Shown: positions 1-9,395, numbered from the stretch's first letter. The stretch is 64,000 bases of DNA from an uncultured Bacteroidales bacterium (GCA_946624065.1 CAMORT010000005.1:1187-65186); one strand, 5' to 3'. Numbers and translations are program-made. The notes: generated by a model from the sequence alone, not told the origin.

Positions 1-3
1 GCA

Positions 4-3000
4 ATGAAAGAAAAAATATTTTCAGCAATCATTTTCATGTTCTTATTATTTTTCAATGCAAATGCTCAACAGGCATATTACTATTATCATGGTGATAAAA
101 TATCTTTGTCTGTGGATTCCTTAGTGAGGTTTGTGGCAACAGATCCGGATATGGGTGAAGAGAAAAAAATGCAGTTGTTTTCAAAGCTTGAAGCACATGC
201 CCTAAAACATGAGTTGTTCTCATCCTGTTATGTATTTATCGTTGACCCTGCTAAAGAAGATGCTTTTGATAGAGAGATTGATAGACACGATGACTTGATT
301 TTGTTTCAAACTCCAGGATACAAAATGAGAGATTCTGTTTTGCTTTTTCCATCAAGATCAATTACCATTAAACTTAAAGATGAAAACAATTTGATACAAT
401 TATTTGACAGTTTACAAATTGGATATAAAACCATCTCTAAAGATACTTATATAAAAAATCGATATCAAGTGGAATTATACCAAGATGATGCGATTGATGT
501 TACGGCAAGATTGTTTGAAACAGGGCTGTTTGTTTACGCAACCCCTTCATTTATAAGTAGATATACCACAACAGGGTATTTTGATAATCCAAATTTTTTT
601 CAGCAATGGAGTGTTTTGAACGATAGTATAAATATGAATCTTTTGTCGGCATGGAATATTTCAACAGGAAGCAATCGAATAAAAACAGCTCTTATTGATG
701 ATGGTGTCGATCTTACTCATCCTGATCTCTCATCGAATTTGTTGCCCGGTTTTTGCACAATACCAGATCCCTACGAGCCTTGTAACGGGTCTTTCAAATA
801 TCCTGTGGAATATCATGGGACATGGTGCGCAGGTGTGATTGCTGCAGCGAATAACACAATGGGGATGGTCGGAGTTGCGCATACTGCTAAATTAATACCT
901 GTTAAAACAACATATGATTTTCCGGTTGGCAGAGAAAAAACCAGAAACGATTATATGTACTATTCACAAGGGGGTGGCTATATTGTAAGTGATTATTTGG
1001 AAGATGCTTTTCGTCGTGCGTGTTATGAATCAAATGCAGATGTGATAAGTTTTTCGTTAGATTATCAATCATTATCAGATGCATTAGAAGATGTCATCAC
1101 AGACGTTTGTTGTAATGGCAGGGATGGCAAGGGACTTACAGTGGTTGTGAATACAGGCGACTATAATGCATATAATAATAGTAGTAGCATGTCTGCTATT
1201 GCGAAACATCCGTATGTGATCTCTGTAGGAGCAATATCCAATACGGGTACGAGAATGTCATACCCTGAATTTGATGAAAGTTGTTATGGCGACAGTTTGG
1301 ATGTTGTTGCACCTGGGAAAAATATTCCAACCACTAATATTTACGATAGTTATACGAACTACTCGGGTACCTCTGCAGCAGCACCCCATGTGGCGGGATT
1401 GGCAGCACTAATCCTGTCAGTAAACCCTTGTTTGACCAGAGAAGAAGTCAAATATATTATAGAGTCAACTTGTACGAAAGTTCGTTCCGATATTTATGAT
1501 TATGACTCCAATCCAGAGCATCCCAATGGAACATGGAATATAGAAGTCGGATATGGTTTGGTTAATGCAGGAGCTGCACTGGCTTTGGTGCAACAGATGG
1601 GAAGTTATACCTATGTCAATGACACGTTGATTTCGGCCGACACATTGTGGAGTACGAACAGACTGATAAATCAGGATCTTGTGATTGACTCTTTAGTGAC
1701 ATTGACCATCACAGACACAGTATATATAGCATCCACATCCCGCATCATCGTGCGTCCCGGCGGCAAACTCGTTTTGGACGGCGGCACGCTCACCAGCGCC
1801 TGCGCGGATGAGATGTGGCAGGGCATCTATGTGGAGGGCCACCGCAACCAGCCGCAGACCGCCGCCAACCAAGGTACCGTGCAGCTCATCAACGGTGCCG
1901 TCGTCGAGAACGCCCATTGTGCCATAACCACCGCCATTCCGCCGCTTTGCGGCGGAACCCCGACGCAAACCGACTTACTGTCCACCGGCGGCATCATCAC
2001 GGCCGACAACGCCACATTCCGCAACTGCGCCAAGGCCGTGGAGTACCTCTCCTACGCCGGCACCAACTATGCGGGCCTGGTCGTGGACAACAAGGGGTCG
2101 TTCACCGGCTGCACCTTCACGGTGGACGACAACAACCTCTTCGCCGCCAACGGCACCGACCTCCTCGCCCATGTGTCCCTGTGGGATGTGAAAGGGGTGG
2201 AGTTCACTAACTGCCGCTTCGAGGACGCGCGGACAGGGAACCACAGCAGGAAGAGCGCCATCAGTGCCTTGGACGCGGGCTTCGAGATGAAGACGGGCTG
2301 CAGCTACAATGTTCCCAGACCGGAATGCGACTGCCCGCCCGCCTTGAGCACGCACAGCACGTTCGCGGGCTTCGGCACGGCCATAGACGCTGGAACCTCG
2401 GGCAGCCCGTACGGGATTGTGATAGACGGTGCTCGGTTCAGCGACAATATAACCGGCGTGAGGATAGAGGGCAGCAGCCACGCCACGGTGACGCGCTGCA
2501 CATTCGACTTGTCCGAGATGCCGGTGCGTGTTGTGACGGGCCTGAATCTTGAGGGTTGCACGGGTTATCTGGTGGAGGAGAACACCTTCACGCGCGGCGC
2601 GAGCGCGCCAAACGGGAGCCGCTACGGCATCCGGGTGAACAATTCGGGCACCGACGCGAACGGGCTGTACCGCAACACCTTCGAGCGCCTGAGCCACGGC
2701 ATGTATGTGACAGGAACCAACGGGGACGGCAACTCAAACACAGGACTCCAGATGACTTGCAACGAGTTCACGGACAACACATACGACATGTACCTGTACA
2801 GCACGGCTATTGTGAGCTCCTGGCAGGGGGACAACAGCAAGGGTGCGGACAACACCTTTTCGGGCACGCAGACGAGCAGCCTGCACAATGCAGGGAGCCA
2901 GCCGCTGACCTATCTCTACAGCGCAGGCACAAGCCATGTGCCGTACAATCCCACCACAGGCAATGTGACGCTGAACGGGACTGTGCCGTCCAACAATTGC

Positions 3001-3945
3001 GCCTCCACACTGTGCAGCAACGGGGGCGGCACCCCGAATCCCAAGTCGCCCACACCGTCGTTCCTGGCACTGAAGCAGCAGTACGAGAATCTCATGGCAG
3101 ACTTTGACAGGAACGGCTACGCGGACCTCTTGTCAACCGCCATTCCGCCGCAGGCGGAACCCCCAGCATCACCCGGCGAACTTGCCGCGGCCCAATACGC
3201 CTCGCAGCAGATGAACGCCATTGCCTCGGAGCTGTTCGCGCAGTCGCACGAGGCCGTGCGCGCCCTGATGTCGGACACGCTGGAGGACCTGCGGGCGGTC
3301 GTGGCGTGGCTGGACGCCACCCCGGGCCTGGCCAGCCGGTATTTGGCGGCGGAGACGGAATTCTCGATGACCGGCAGCAACCTCTCGCTGGCCGACATTG
3401 CCAACTACATCACCACTTCGGAAGAGCGGGATGAATATGACAATTATCTGGCGTTCAACACGCTGAAACAGGCGTTGGCGGAGGGTGGCCATGTGATGTG
3501 GCCCAACGCCACGGATGCGCATATGGGCGAGCTAATCCGCATCGCGGATGCCAACACGGGCCGTTCCTCACTGCTGGCGAAGAATGTGTTGTGTTTCTTC
3601 TTCGGGATCTGCTATGACGATACGGAGACGCGGGCATTGGAAACCACCACCATTCCGCCTACGGCGGAATCCCCGACATTAACGGGCCAACAAAACATCA
3701 CCGTGCACCCCAACCCCACGAATGATGTGTTGCATGTGACTGTCACGGACGGCAATGCAAAAATCGCGCGCGTGGAAATGTTTGACATGTTCGGGCGTAT
3801 CACCATGGTGGGGACGCAAAATCTTGCGTCTCCACCATCCCCAGAATATACGGTGGATCTATCCTCTTTGCCGGCCGGCCTGTACATCCTGCGCGTCACC
3901 CTGACCGACGGCACAGTGCGGAACGTGAAGGTGGTGAGAAAATGA
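4..3945 (+). CDS. Secreted subtilisin-family (S8) serine peptidase with right-handed beta-helix repeat region and type-A T9SS C-terminal sorting domain
   Basis: Signal peptide MKEKIFSAIIFMFLLFFNANAQ. Catalytic-triad motifs ALIDDGVD, HGTWCAGVIAA and SGTSAAAPHVAGLAALI. Repeated beta-helix-like segments (NATFRNC, GCTFTVDDNN, VTRCTFD, EENTFTRG, CNEFTDN). C-terminus ITVHPNPTNDVLHV...LYILRVTLTDGTVRNVKVV. Confidence 0.85.
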   Translation: MKEKIFSAIIFMFLLFFNANAQQAYYYYHGDKISLSVDSLVRFVATDPDMGEEKKMQLFSKLEAHALKHELFSSCYVFIVDPAKEDAFDREIDRHDDLILFQTPGYKMRDSVLLFPSRSITIKLKDENNLIQLFDSLQIGYKTISKDTYIKNRYQVELYQDDAIDVTARLFETGLFVYATPSFISRYTTTGYFDNPNFFQQWSVLNDSINMNLLSAWNISTGSNRIKTALIDDGVDLTHPDLSSNLLPGFCTIPDPYEPCNGSFKYPVEYHGTWCAGVIAAANNTMGMVGVAHTAKLIPVKTTYDFPVGREKTRNDYMYYSQGGGYIVSDYLEDAFRRACYESNADVISFSLDYQSLSDALEDVITDVCCNGRDGKGLTVVVNTGDYNAYNNSSSMSAIAKHPYVISVGAISNTGTRMSYPEFDESCYGDSLDVVAPGKNIPTTNIYDSYTNYSGTSAAAPHVAGLAALILSVNPCLTREEVKYIIESTCTKVRSDIYDYDSNPEHPNGTWNIEVGYGLVNAGAALALVQQMGSYTYVNDTLISADTLWSTNRLINQDLVIDSLVTLTITDTVYIASTSRIIVRPGGKLVLDGGTLTSACADEMWQGIYVEGHRNQPQTAANQGTVQLINGAVVENAHCAITTAIPPLCGGTPTQTDLLSTGGIITADNATFRNCAKAVEYLSYAGTNYAGLVVDNKGSFTGCTFTVDDNNLFAANGTDLLAHVSLWDVKGVEFTNCRFEDARTGNHSRKSAISALDAGFEMKTGCSYNVPRPECDCPPALSTHSTFAGFGTAIDAGTSGSPYGIVIDGARFSDNITGVRIEGSSHATVTRCTFDLSEMPVRVVTGLNLEGCTGYLVEENTFTRGASAPNGSRYGIRVNNSGTDANGLYRNTFERLSHGMYVTGTNGDGNSNTGLQMTCNEFTDNTYDMYLYSTAIVSSWQGDNSKGADNTFSGTQTSSLHNAGSQPLTYLYSAGTSHVPYNPTTGNVTLNGTVPSNNCASTLCSNGGGTPNPKSPTPSFLALKQQYENLMADFDRNGYADLLSTAIPPQAEPPASPGELAAAQYASQQMNAIASELFAQSHEAVRALMSDTLEDLRAVVAWLDATPGLASRYLAAETEFSMTGSNLSLADIANYITTSEERDEYDNYLAFNTLKQALAEGGHVMWPNATDAHMGELIRIADANTGRSSLLAKNVLCFFFGICYDDTETRALETTTIPPTAESPTLTGQQNITVHPNPTNDVLHVTVTDGNAKIARVEMFDMFGRITMVGTQNLASPPSPEYTVDLSSLPAGLYILRVTLTDGTVRNVKVVRK
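1936..1958 (+). repeat. Palindromic element copy 1 inside the S8 peptidase CDS
   Basis: aTTCCGCCGCtttGCGGCGGAAc with a 9-bp stem. Flanks accgccA...cccgac are shared with the other copies. Confidence 0.75.
3142..3160 (+). repeat. Palindromic element copy 2 inside the S8 peptidase CDS
   Basis: aTTCCGCCgcaGGCGGAAc with a 7-bp stem. The left flank aaccgcc is shared. Confidence 0.75.
3652..3670 (+). repeat. Palindromic element copy 3 inside the S8 peptidase CDS
   Basis: ATTCCGCCtacGGCGGAAT with an 8-bp stem. The right flank ccccgac is shared with copy 1. Confidence 0.75.
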
Positions 3946-3994
3946 AAAGTCTCTCGTCTCACATCTTACGTCTAAAATCCAAAATCCAAATTTT
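3946..3994. repeat. Degenerate heptamer tandem array (7 units) starting 1 nt after the S8 peptidase stop
   Basis: aaagtct ctcgtct cacatct tacgtct aaaatcc aaaatcc aaatttt. Confidence 0.6.
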
Positions 3995-3998
3995 CCCC

Positions 3999-4006
3999 TA
4001 TCTTTG
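3999..4006 (+). promoter_or_regulatory. Bacteroidota -7 promoter box TATCTTTG (TAnnTTTG) upstream of the LRR gene
   Basis: 38 nt upstream of ATG 4044. The surrounding ttttcccctatctttgcccc is near-identical to 33341-33360. Confidence 0.5.
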
Positions 4007-4043
4007 CCCCAACGAAAATATTAACCAATAAAATACACACATC

Positions 4044-5273
4044 ATGAAAAAATTATTATTCACCACAACACTTCTTGCCCTGCTGCTGATGTGCGGCGCG
4101 GCATGGGGACAGACCTACTCTTATCCCCCGTATGACTTCACTTCCGTGAACGCCGATGGTGACACGCTGTACTACCGCATCACCTCGTCGGCAACACCCT
4201 ATACGGTGGCCGTGACGCGCTGCCACGATTCCATATACCATACCTTGCCCCATCCTCATAATGCTTCCGAGGTCGGACAGCCCGGATTTGTCTATCCTGT
4301 ATATGACTACGACTCACTCATAACCATACCGTCAAGCGTGACCCATGACGGCATTGAATATACTGTCACGACCATCGACAACGAGGCGTTCTACGAACAG
4401 AATGGCATGCACACCGTCATACTCCCGTCCACGGTTACCATCATAGGCATGGCAGCATTTTATGAATCGACCGTTGAGCATATTGTAATGCCTAATGTGA
4501 CACACATTCTCTATGGTGCTTTTACCGATGCGCTTTTGTCTTCCGTTGATATTCCCGAATGTATTGTGGAGATTGGGGAGAAGGCTTTTGAGGGCAATAC
4601 TAGGCTCCGTCAGGTTGATATACCATCCTCCATCTCGGTTCTCAGAAGTTTCGTTTTTGCTTGTTGTAACAATCTATCTGTGGTGAACCTGCCCGAGCAT
4701 CTTGTCAGCATAGAAGATAATGCCTTTTATCGCTGCCCTCAACTAAAGAAAATCACAATCCCGTCAGAAGTGGCCTATATTGGTTGTGATGCATTCACAG
4801 ATGGATATGGTACCATTGATGGTAATTATGGAGCTAATGGATATCTGGACACTTTAATTATGAAATGTGAGACTCCACCTCAAAACCACATGCCTCAATC
4901 TTTCCAAACCAACAAAGCCCTTTTGGTTATTGTTCCCTGTCACACAGCGGAAACATACCAGACGGCCCCGATTTGGTCAACCTACTCCAATTTCACCTAC
5001 CATGAGGACTGCGTGGGAGTGGAGGATTATGAGAAGGAGAATGTGCAAATGTATCCGGTCCCTTGCCATGATGTGTTGCATGTCCGAGGCGAGAGCATAA
5101 GATTTTGCCGCATAGAGGTTTACGATATGTACGGAGCCCTTGTTTTGGCAGATGAGGCACAGGACACGGAAACGGCGCTGAATGTGTCAGGGCTGCCCGC
5201 CGGAGCGTATGCCGTTGTGGTCGTGGAAGACAACGGGCAAAGACAACATGTCCGGATGGTGACCAAACAATAG
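4044..5273 (+). CDS. BspA-type leucine-rich-repeat surface protein with T9SS C-terminal sorting domain
   Basis: Signal peptide. Repeated ~23-aa units (IPSSVT.I...AF..C..L..V.LP) typical of BspA-like LRRs. C-terminus VQMYPVPCHDVLHV...LPAGAYAVVVVEDNGQRQHVRMV. Confidence 0.75.
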   Translation: MKKLLFTTTLLALLLMCGAAWGQTYSYPPYDFTSVNADGDTLYYRITSSATPYTVAVTRCHDSIYHTLPHPHNASEVGQPGFVYPVYDYDSLITIPSSVTHDGIEYTVTTIDNEAFYEQNGMHTVILPSTVTIIGMAAFYESTVEHIVMPNVTHILYGAFTDALLSSVDIPECIVEIGEKAFEGNTRLRQVDIPSSISVLRSFVFACCNNLSVVNLPEHLVSIEDNAFYRCPQLKKITIPSEVAYIGCDAFTDGYGTIDGNYGANGYLDTLIMKCETPPQNHMPQSFQTNKALLVIVPCHTAETYQTAPIWSTYSNFTYHEDCVGVEDYEKENVQMYPVPCHDVLHVRGESIRFCRIEVYDMYGALVLADEAQDTETALNVSGLPAGAYAVVVVEDNGQRQHVRMVTKQ

Positions 5274-5313
5274 GATCTTCATCGGAACCACATTCCGAAA
5301 TTTTTGTCCATAC

Positions 5314-5343
5314 GGGAGCGGGAGGAATCTTGCTCCCTTTTTT
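5314..5343 (+). terminator. Intrinsic terminator after the LRR/T9SS gene
   Basis: GGGAGC-12 nt loop-GCTCCC followed by TTTTTTG. Confidence 0.6.
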
Positions 5344-5350
5344 GTGTGTT

Positions 5351-5434
5351 TAGTCGTTGGCCTTTGGCGATAGGGCCTTGGTTTCAAGTTTCAAGTCTGA
5401 ACTCTCAATTCCCCATTTCCCATTCCTCACCCAT
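5351..5434. repeat. Degenerate heptamer array (12 units); left copy of the direct repeat flanking the Rpn gene
   Basis: tagtcgt tggcctt tggcgat agggcct tggtttc aagtttc aagtctg aactctc aattccc catttcc cattcct cacccat. Confidence 0.8.
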
Positions 5435-5569
5435 ATCCTTTTTACTCCGAAAATCGCGTAACCGCCTTAACAACAGGTTGTTAAATTTACAACTTGTGTT
5501 TCTGTATGTTGCTGTTTTTCTGGTCGAAAAAAAATTCAGGATTCCCATTGCCCGAGCAAAACAATGTGT

Positions 5570-5577
5570 TATCTTTG
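5570..5577 (+). promoter_or_regulatory. -7 box TATCTTTG upstream of the Rpn gene
   Basis: 67 nt upstream of ATG 5644. Confidence 0.45.
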
Positions 5578-5643
5578 CTCCATCGCATGGCGGCTGAGCC
5601 AGTCGAAGCCGCCTGTTAACTGTAAAAACAAAATTTTATTATT

Positions 5644-6558
5644 ATGAAAACAAACAATGTGTTTATCAATCCGTTAACGGACTTTGGTTTCAAGCGTGTC
5701 TTTGCCAGCGAGGAGAACAAGGACATCCTCATCGCGTTTCTCAACGACTGCATCTCCGATCATGTGGGGGTTATCCGTGAAATCCGGTTCCTGCCCACTG
5801 AGCATATCGGACTTGCTGAGGCGGAGAAGAAACTGATTTTCGACATCTACTGCACCAACGAGCGAGGCCAGCGGTTCATCATCGAGATGCAGCGTGCGCG
5901 TCAGGACTACTTCGCCGACAGGGTGATCACATACATCAGCCGCATCATCAGCAATGAGGCCAGTCGCGGTGCGCGTCGGTACGACATCCCGCCGGTTTAT
6001 TCGTTCAATATCCTCGACTACAACGCCCCGGAGTTTATGGGCAGGGAGGAATATTTCTGGGCGGTGCACCTGAGGGACAACCAGAACCGAATTTTTTCGA
6101 AGAAAATCATCCTGTTTTTCATGGAATTGACTAAATTTGCAGCGCAGTTTCCGGATGAGAAGTCGCCGGCCTACAAGTGGGGCTACGCCCTGAAACACAT
6201 GTCAGGGATGTCACTGAAGGACATGCCCGAGGAGGCAGGAGAGTTCCGGAAGTTGTTTGAAGTTTGTCAAATGTCAAGACTCACAACTATGGAAAAAAAT
6301 GATTACGAGAAGAGCATCTTTGAATACGAGGATGTGCAGGACGCGTTGGAATGCATGCGCCGTCACTCATTACAGGAGGGATATGAGCAGGGGATGCAAC
6401 AAGGAGTACAACAAGGAATACTACAAGGAAGGGAGGAAGCGCTCCTCCAAACTGCGCGAAACTTCTTGAATTTAGGTGTTTCTCTCGCTGATGTGGCTAA
6501 GGCTACAGGCCTGAGCGAGGAGGAGATACTTGCGCACATAGGTGAAACTGGTGAATAG
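5644..6558 (+). CDS. Rpn family recombination-promoting nuclease / PD-(D/E)XK 'putative transposase'
   Basis: N-terminus NPLTDFGFKRVFASEENKDILIAFLNDCI and IFDIYCTNERGQRFIIEMQ (D..E.Q nuclease core). C-terminal QQG-rich helix plus LADVAKATGLSEEEI, typical of this family. Confidence 0.8.
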   Translation: MKTNNVFINPLTDFGFKRVFASEENKDILIAFLNDCISDHVGVIREIRFLPTEHIGLAEAEKKLIFDIYCTNERGQRFIIEMQRARQDYFADRVITYISRIISNEASRGARRYDIPPVYSFNILDYNAPEFMGREEYFWAVHLRDNQNRIFSKKIILFFMELTKFAAQFPDEKSPAYKWGYALKHMSGMSLKDMPEEAGEFRKLFEVCQMSRLTTMEKNDYEKSIFEYEDVQDALECMRRHSLQEGYEQGMQQGVQQGILQGREEALLQTARNFLNLGVSLADVAKATGLSEEEILAHIGETGE

Positions 6559-6660
6559 TCGTTGTCTCTTGGATGTTAGTCTTTGGCGATTTGGCCTTGG
6601 TTTCAGGTTTCAAGTTTCAAGTCTGAACTCTCAATTCCCCATTTCCCATTCCTAATTATC
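6556..6660. repeat. Degenerate heptamer array (15 units); right copy of the direct repeat, starting at the Rpn stop codon
   Basis: Positions 6612-6653 are identical to 5386-5427 (42 nt). ggccttggtttc is also shared. There is one extra heptad (aggtttc) and extra 5' units. Confidence 0.8.
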
Positions 6661-6663
6661 CTT

Positions 6664-7236
6664 TCACCCCATTTCCGATCTAACCAACGGAAATCTGGCC
6701 AGTGCCTTGTATTCCGGGCCTTCTTTGAGTAGAAAACTTTGATACAGAGTAAATTCCGTAATGGGAATCTGTTGGGTGAAGTCGGGTTGAGATTGCTGGA
6801 AACGCTCCCAGAATTTCTTCTTATCTACTACGGATTTCACTCTTCCCAAGGTAATATGTGGCACGAAATTGCCGTAGGCCGTTTCAAATCCCTGCTGTGT
6901 CAACTGGTTTTCCAAATGCTGAAAGCATTGCTTGAAAAAGAAGAATTCCTCAAACCCCAACCACAACACTTCAGGGTGATAATGGCTGCCAAACACGCCC
7001 AATTTGTTCAGTTCCAAATAAAACGGAGAGTGGGATTCGCAGGTCTGCCGTAAGGCATCCTTGATGGCGGGAATCTTGCTGTCGGGGGTGGCACCCAGAA
7101 AACGCAAGGTGAGGTGGCAGACTTCGTCTTTCACCCACACAATGTCATCGTGGCGCATTTCGTACTGGAATCGGGTACGCCACGCTTTGAACGCATCGCT
7201 CAACTCAACCTTGGTGGCGATGAAGAGCCGCTTCAT
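6664..7236 (-). CDS. thpR: RNA 2',3'-cyclic phosphodiesterase (2H family, LigT/ThpR)
   Basis: Two HxT/S motifs (HLTLRFLG and HITLGR) at the expected spacing. About 190 aa. The start overlaps the DPP-IV stop (TAATG). Confidence 0.8.
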   Translation of the reverse strand: MKRLFIATKVELSDAFKAWRTRFQYEMRHDDIVWVKDEVCHLTLRFLGATPDSKIPAIKDALRQTCESHSPFYLELNKLGVFGSHYHPEVLWLGFEEFFFFKQCFQHLENQLTQQGFETAYGNFVPHITLGRVKSVVDKKKFWERFQQSQPDFTQQIPITEFTLYQSFLLKEGPEYKALARFPLVRSEMG

Positions 7237-9374
7237 TACAACTCGCCTTTCAGGTTCTGGTTGTGGAAACGGAGCAGTTTGTTCCAGAGGTGCACGCGCT
7301 CCACACCCATTACATTGTGGTCGTGGGCAGTGTAGGGGAAGTATTCGATTTCAATGCCGTCGGTTACGGCCTGGCGCATCAGCTCCAGGGTGTGTTGCCA
7401 AACTACCGTGTGGTCCTGGCAGCCGTGCATCACGAGCAGCGGGCATTTCACATTCTTGATCTTGGGGATGATGTTGGCGTGCTCGTAGCCGTCAGGGTTC
7501 TCCTGCGGAGTGTCCATGTAGCGTTCGCCGTACATCACTTCGTACCAGGCCCAATTGACCACCGGACCGCCGCAACTGGCCGCGCGGAACGCTTCCGGAT
7601 GCTCGGTGATCAGTGACAATGTCATGAATCCGCCGTAGCTCCAGCCGTCCAAACCAATACGCTCAGTATCCACATAGGGCAACTTTTTCAGATACTCTAC
7701 ACCGCACATCTGGTCCTCCACCTCCTTCACACCGAGGTTGCGGTGGATGCACTTCTCAAAGTCGGCACCACGGTTCTGCGTGCCACGGTTGTCCAGCGTG
7801 AACACCACATAACCTTGTTCGGCCATGTACTCCAGAAACACGCCGCCGGACATGAAACTGTTGGTGACCAATTGGGAGTGCGGACCGCCATAGACATAAA
7901 TCAGGCACGGGTATTTTTTCGTGGGGTCCATGTTGGGCGGGGTGATGAGGCGGCACCAAAGCGAGTCGCCTTCTTTGTTGAGGATGGGGAATATCTTGGT
8001 GGTGCCCAGCGCGCAATCATCGTACGGGTTCTTGCAATTCTTGAGTTCTTTCATCGTTTTGCCCTGGTTGTTCACCACGCTGATGACACGCGGTGTGCTG
8101 ACATTGGTGAAATAATCGATGAAATAGTTCTTGCTCTCATTGAAAATAGGCGTGTGCGTGCCGTCGGTGGCCGCGATGCGGATAACCTTGCCATCTTTCA
8201 AGGATGATTTGCAAACATATTGGTTTACAGGTTTTTCCGTCGGGGCGATGGTGAAATAGACAAACTGTTCTTTGGTGTCCAAACCGATTACATCTACCAA
8301 GTCGTAGCGACCTTCGGTGAGTTTGCGGATTTGGCGGCCTTCCCCATCATACAAATAGAGATGACGCCAGCCATCAGTTTCGCTGATCCAGAGGAAGTTG
8401 TTGTCTTTGAGGAAAATCATGCGGTCGCAGGGCTCCACATAACGATTGTCACGCTCCTCAATAAGTACTTTCACTTTGTTGCCGGTCTGCAGGTCGTAGC
8501 GGATCAGTTTGGAGTGGTTCTGCTCACGGTTGAGGTGCGAGATGTAGAGATATTTCTCGTCAGGAGAAAAGGTTACATTGGTGAGAAATTCACCGTCGCT
8601 GAGGTCGGTGTTGATGTAGTGGTAAACGGGTTTATCGGCTTGGACGGATTTGGCCACATCGAAAATGCCGACCTTGACTTGGTGTGAAGTGCGTCCCGCC
8701 ATGGGGTATTTCATGTTCTCCACCGTAGCGATGGGTGTGGTGGTGTTCACCAGCGGATAATCTTCCACCATGCTCTCATCCATGCGGTAAAAGGCGATGT
8801 AATTGCCTTTTGGTGAGATATATTGGCCCTCATTGATGCCCCACTCGCTGCGGTGCACCGACTCGCCGAAGACGATGTTCTTACCCGTGTCGGGACACAA
8901 CAGAATGGGTTTGTAACCATTGAGCGCACTCTCAACAAATACACCATTATCGTTCTTGATGACGAAAACTTTGTTCTTGATGGACTGGTCAATCACCTCA
9001 TCCCAGCTGACATTTTCGAATTTGTCCACGGTAACAGTTTTGCCGTCGTAGGTCAGCGTGGTATTGTCTCTGGGAATGTAGATGGTGTTGGCGTTCACCC
9101 ATTGGAAACTGCGCAGTTTCTTAATTCCGTTTTCGCCGAGATTTTTTTCCGACAGGAAAGTGCTTTCCTTGCCGTTTTTGGCGTTCACCAACTTGATACT
9201 GCCGTCGTCGATGAGGGCGTAGTTGTCGGTGCCGGGCTGCCAGCTGAGTCCGTTGATGCGCTCGAACATGTATTTGCCCTGAAACACGCCGTTGAGGTCA
9301 ATGGTTTCGTTTTGGGCCGTCATTATGCCGACGGTCATGGCGGTTACGAGAAGGAGGGTGAAGATTCTTTTCAT
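7236..9374 (-). CDS. Dipeptidyl-peptidase IV (S9B prolyl oligopeptidase family)
   Basis: Signal peptide MKRIFTLLLVTAMTVGIMTAQ. Long beta-propeller N-domain. Catalytic GWSYGGFM, plus Asp and His in the C-terminal alpha/beta-hydrolase part. Start moved to ATG 9374 because a TATCTTTG box lies at 9396-9403. Confidence 0.9.
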   Translation of the reverse strand: MKRIFTLLLVTAMTVGIMTAQNETIDLNGVFQGKYMFERINGLSWQPGTDNYALIDDGSIKLVNAKNGKESTFLSEKNLGENGIKKLRSFQWVNANTIYIPRDNTTLTYDGKTVTVDKFENVSWDEVIDQSIKNKVFVIKNDNGVFVESALNGYKPILLCPDTGKNIVFGESVHRSEWGINEGQYISPKGNYIAFYRMDESMVEDYPLVNTTTPIATVENMKYPMAGRTSHQVKVGIFDVAKSVQADKPVYHYINTDLSDGEFLTNVTFSPDEKYLYISHLNREQNHSKLIRYDLQTGNKVKVLIEERDNRYVEPCDRMIFLKDNNFLWISETDGWRHLYLYDGEGRQIRKLTEGRYDLVDVIGLDTKEQFVYFTIAPTEKPVNQYVCKSSLKDGKVIRIAATDGTHTPIFNESKNYFIDYFTNVSTPRVISVVNNQGKTMKELKNCKNPYDDCALGTTKIFPILNKEGDSLWCRLITPPNMDPTKKYPCLIYVYGGPHSQLVTNSFMSGGVFLEYMAEQGYVVFTLDNRGTQNRGADFEKCIHRNLGVKEVEDQMCGVEYLKKLPYVDTERIGLDGWSYGGFMTLSLITEHPEAFRAASCGGPVVNWAWYEVMYGERYMDTPQENPDGYEHANIIPKIKNVKCPLLVMHGCQDHTVVWQHTLELMRQAVTDGIEIEYFPYTAHDHNVMGVERVHLWNKLLRFHNQNLKGEL

Positions 9375-9395
9375 TGTCTTATTTTTTATGAGCCG

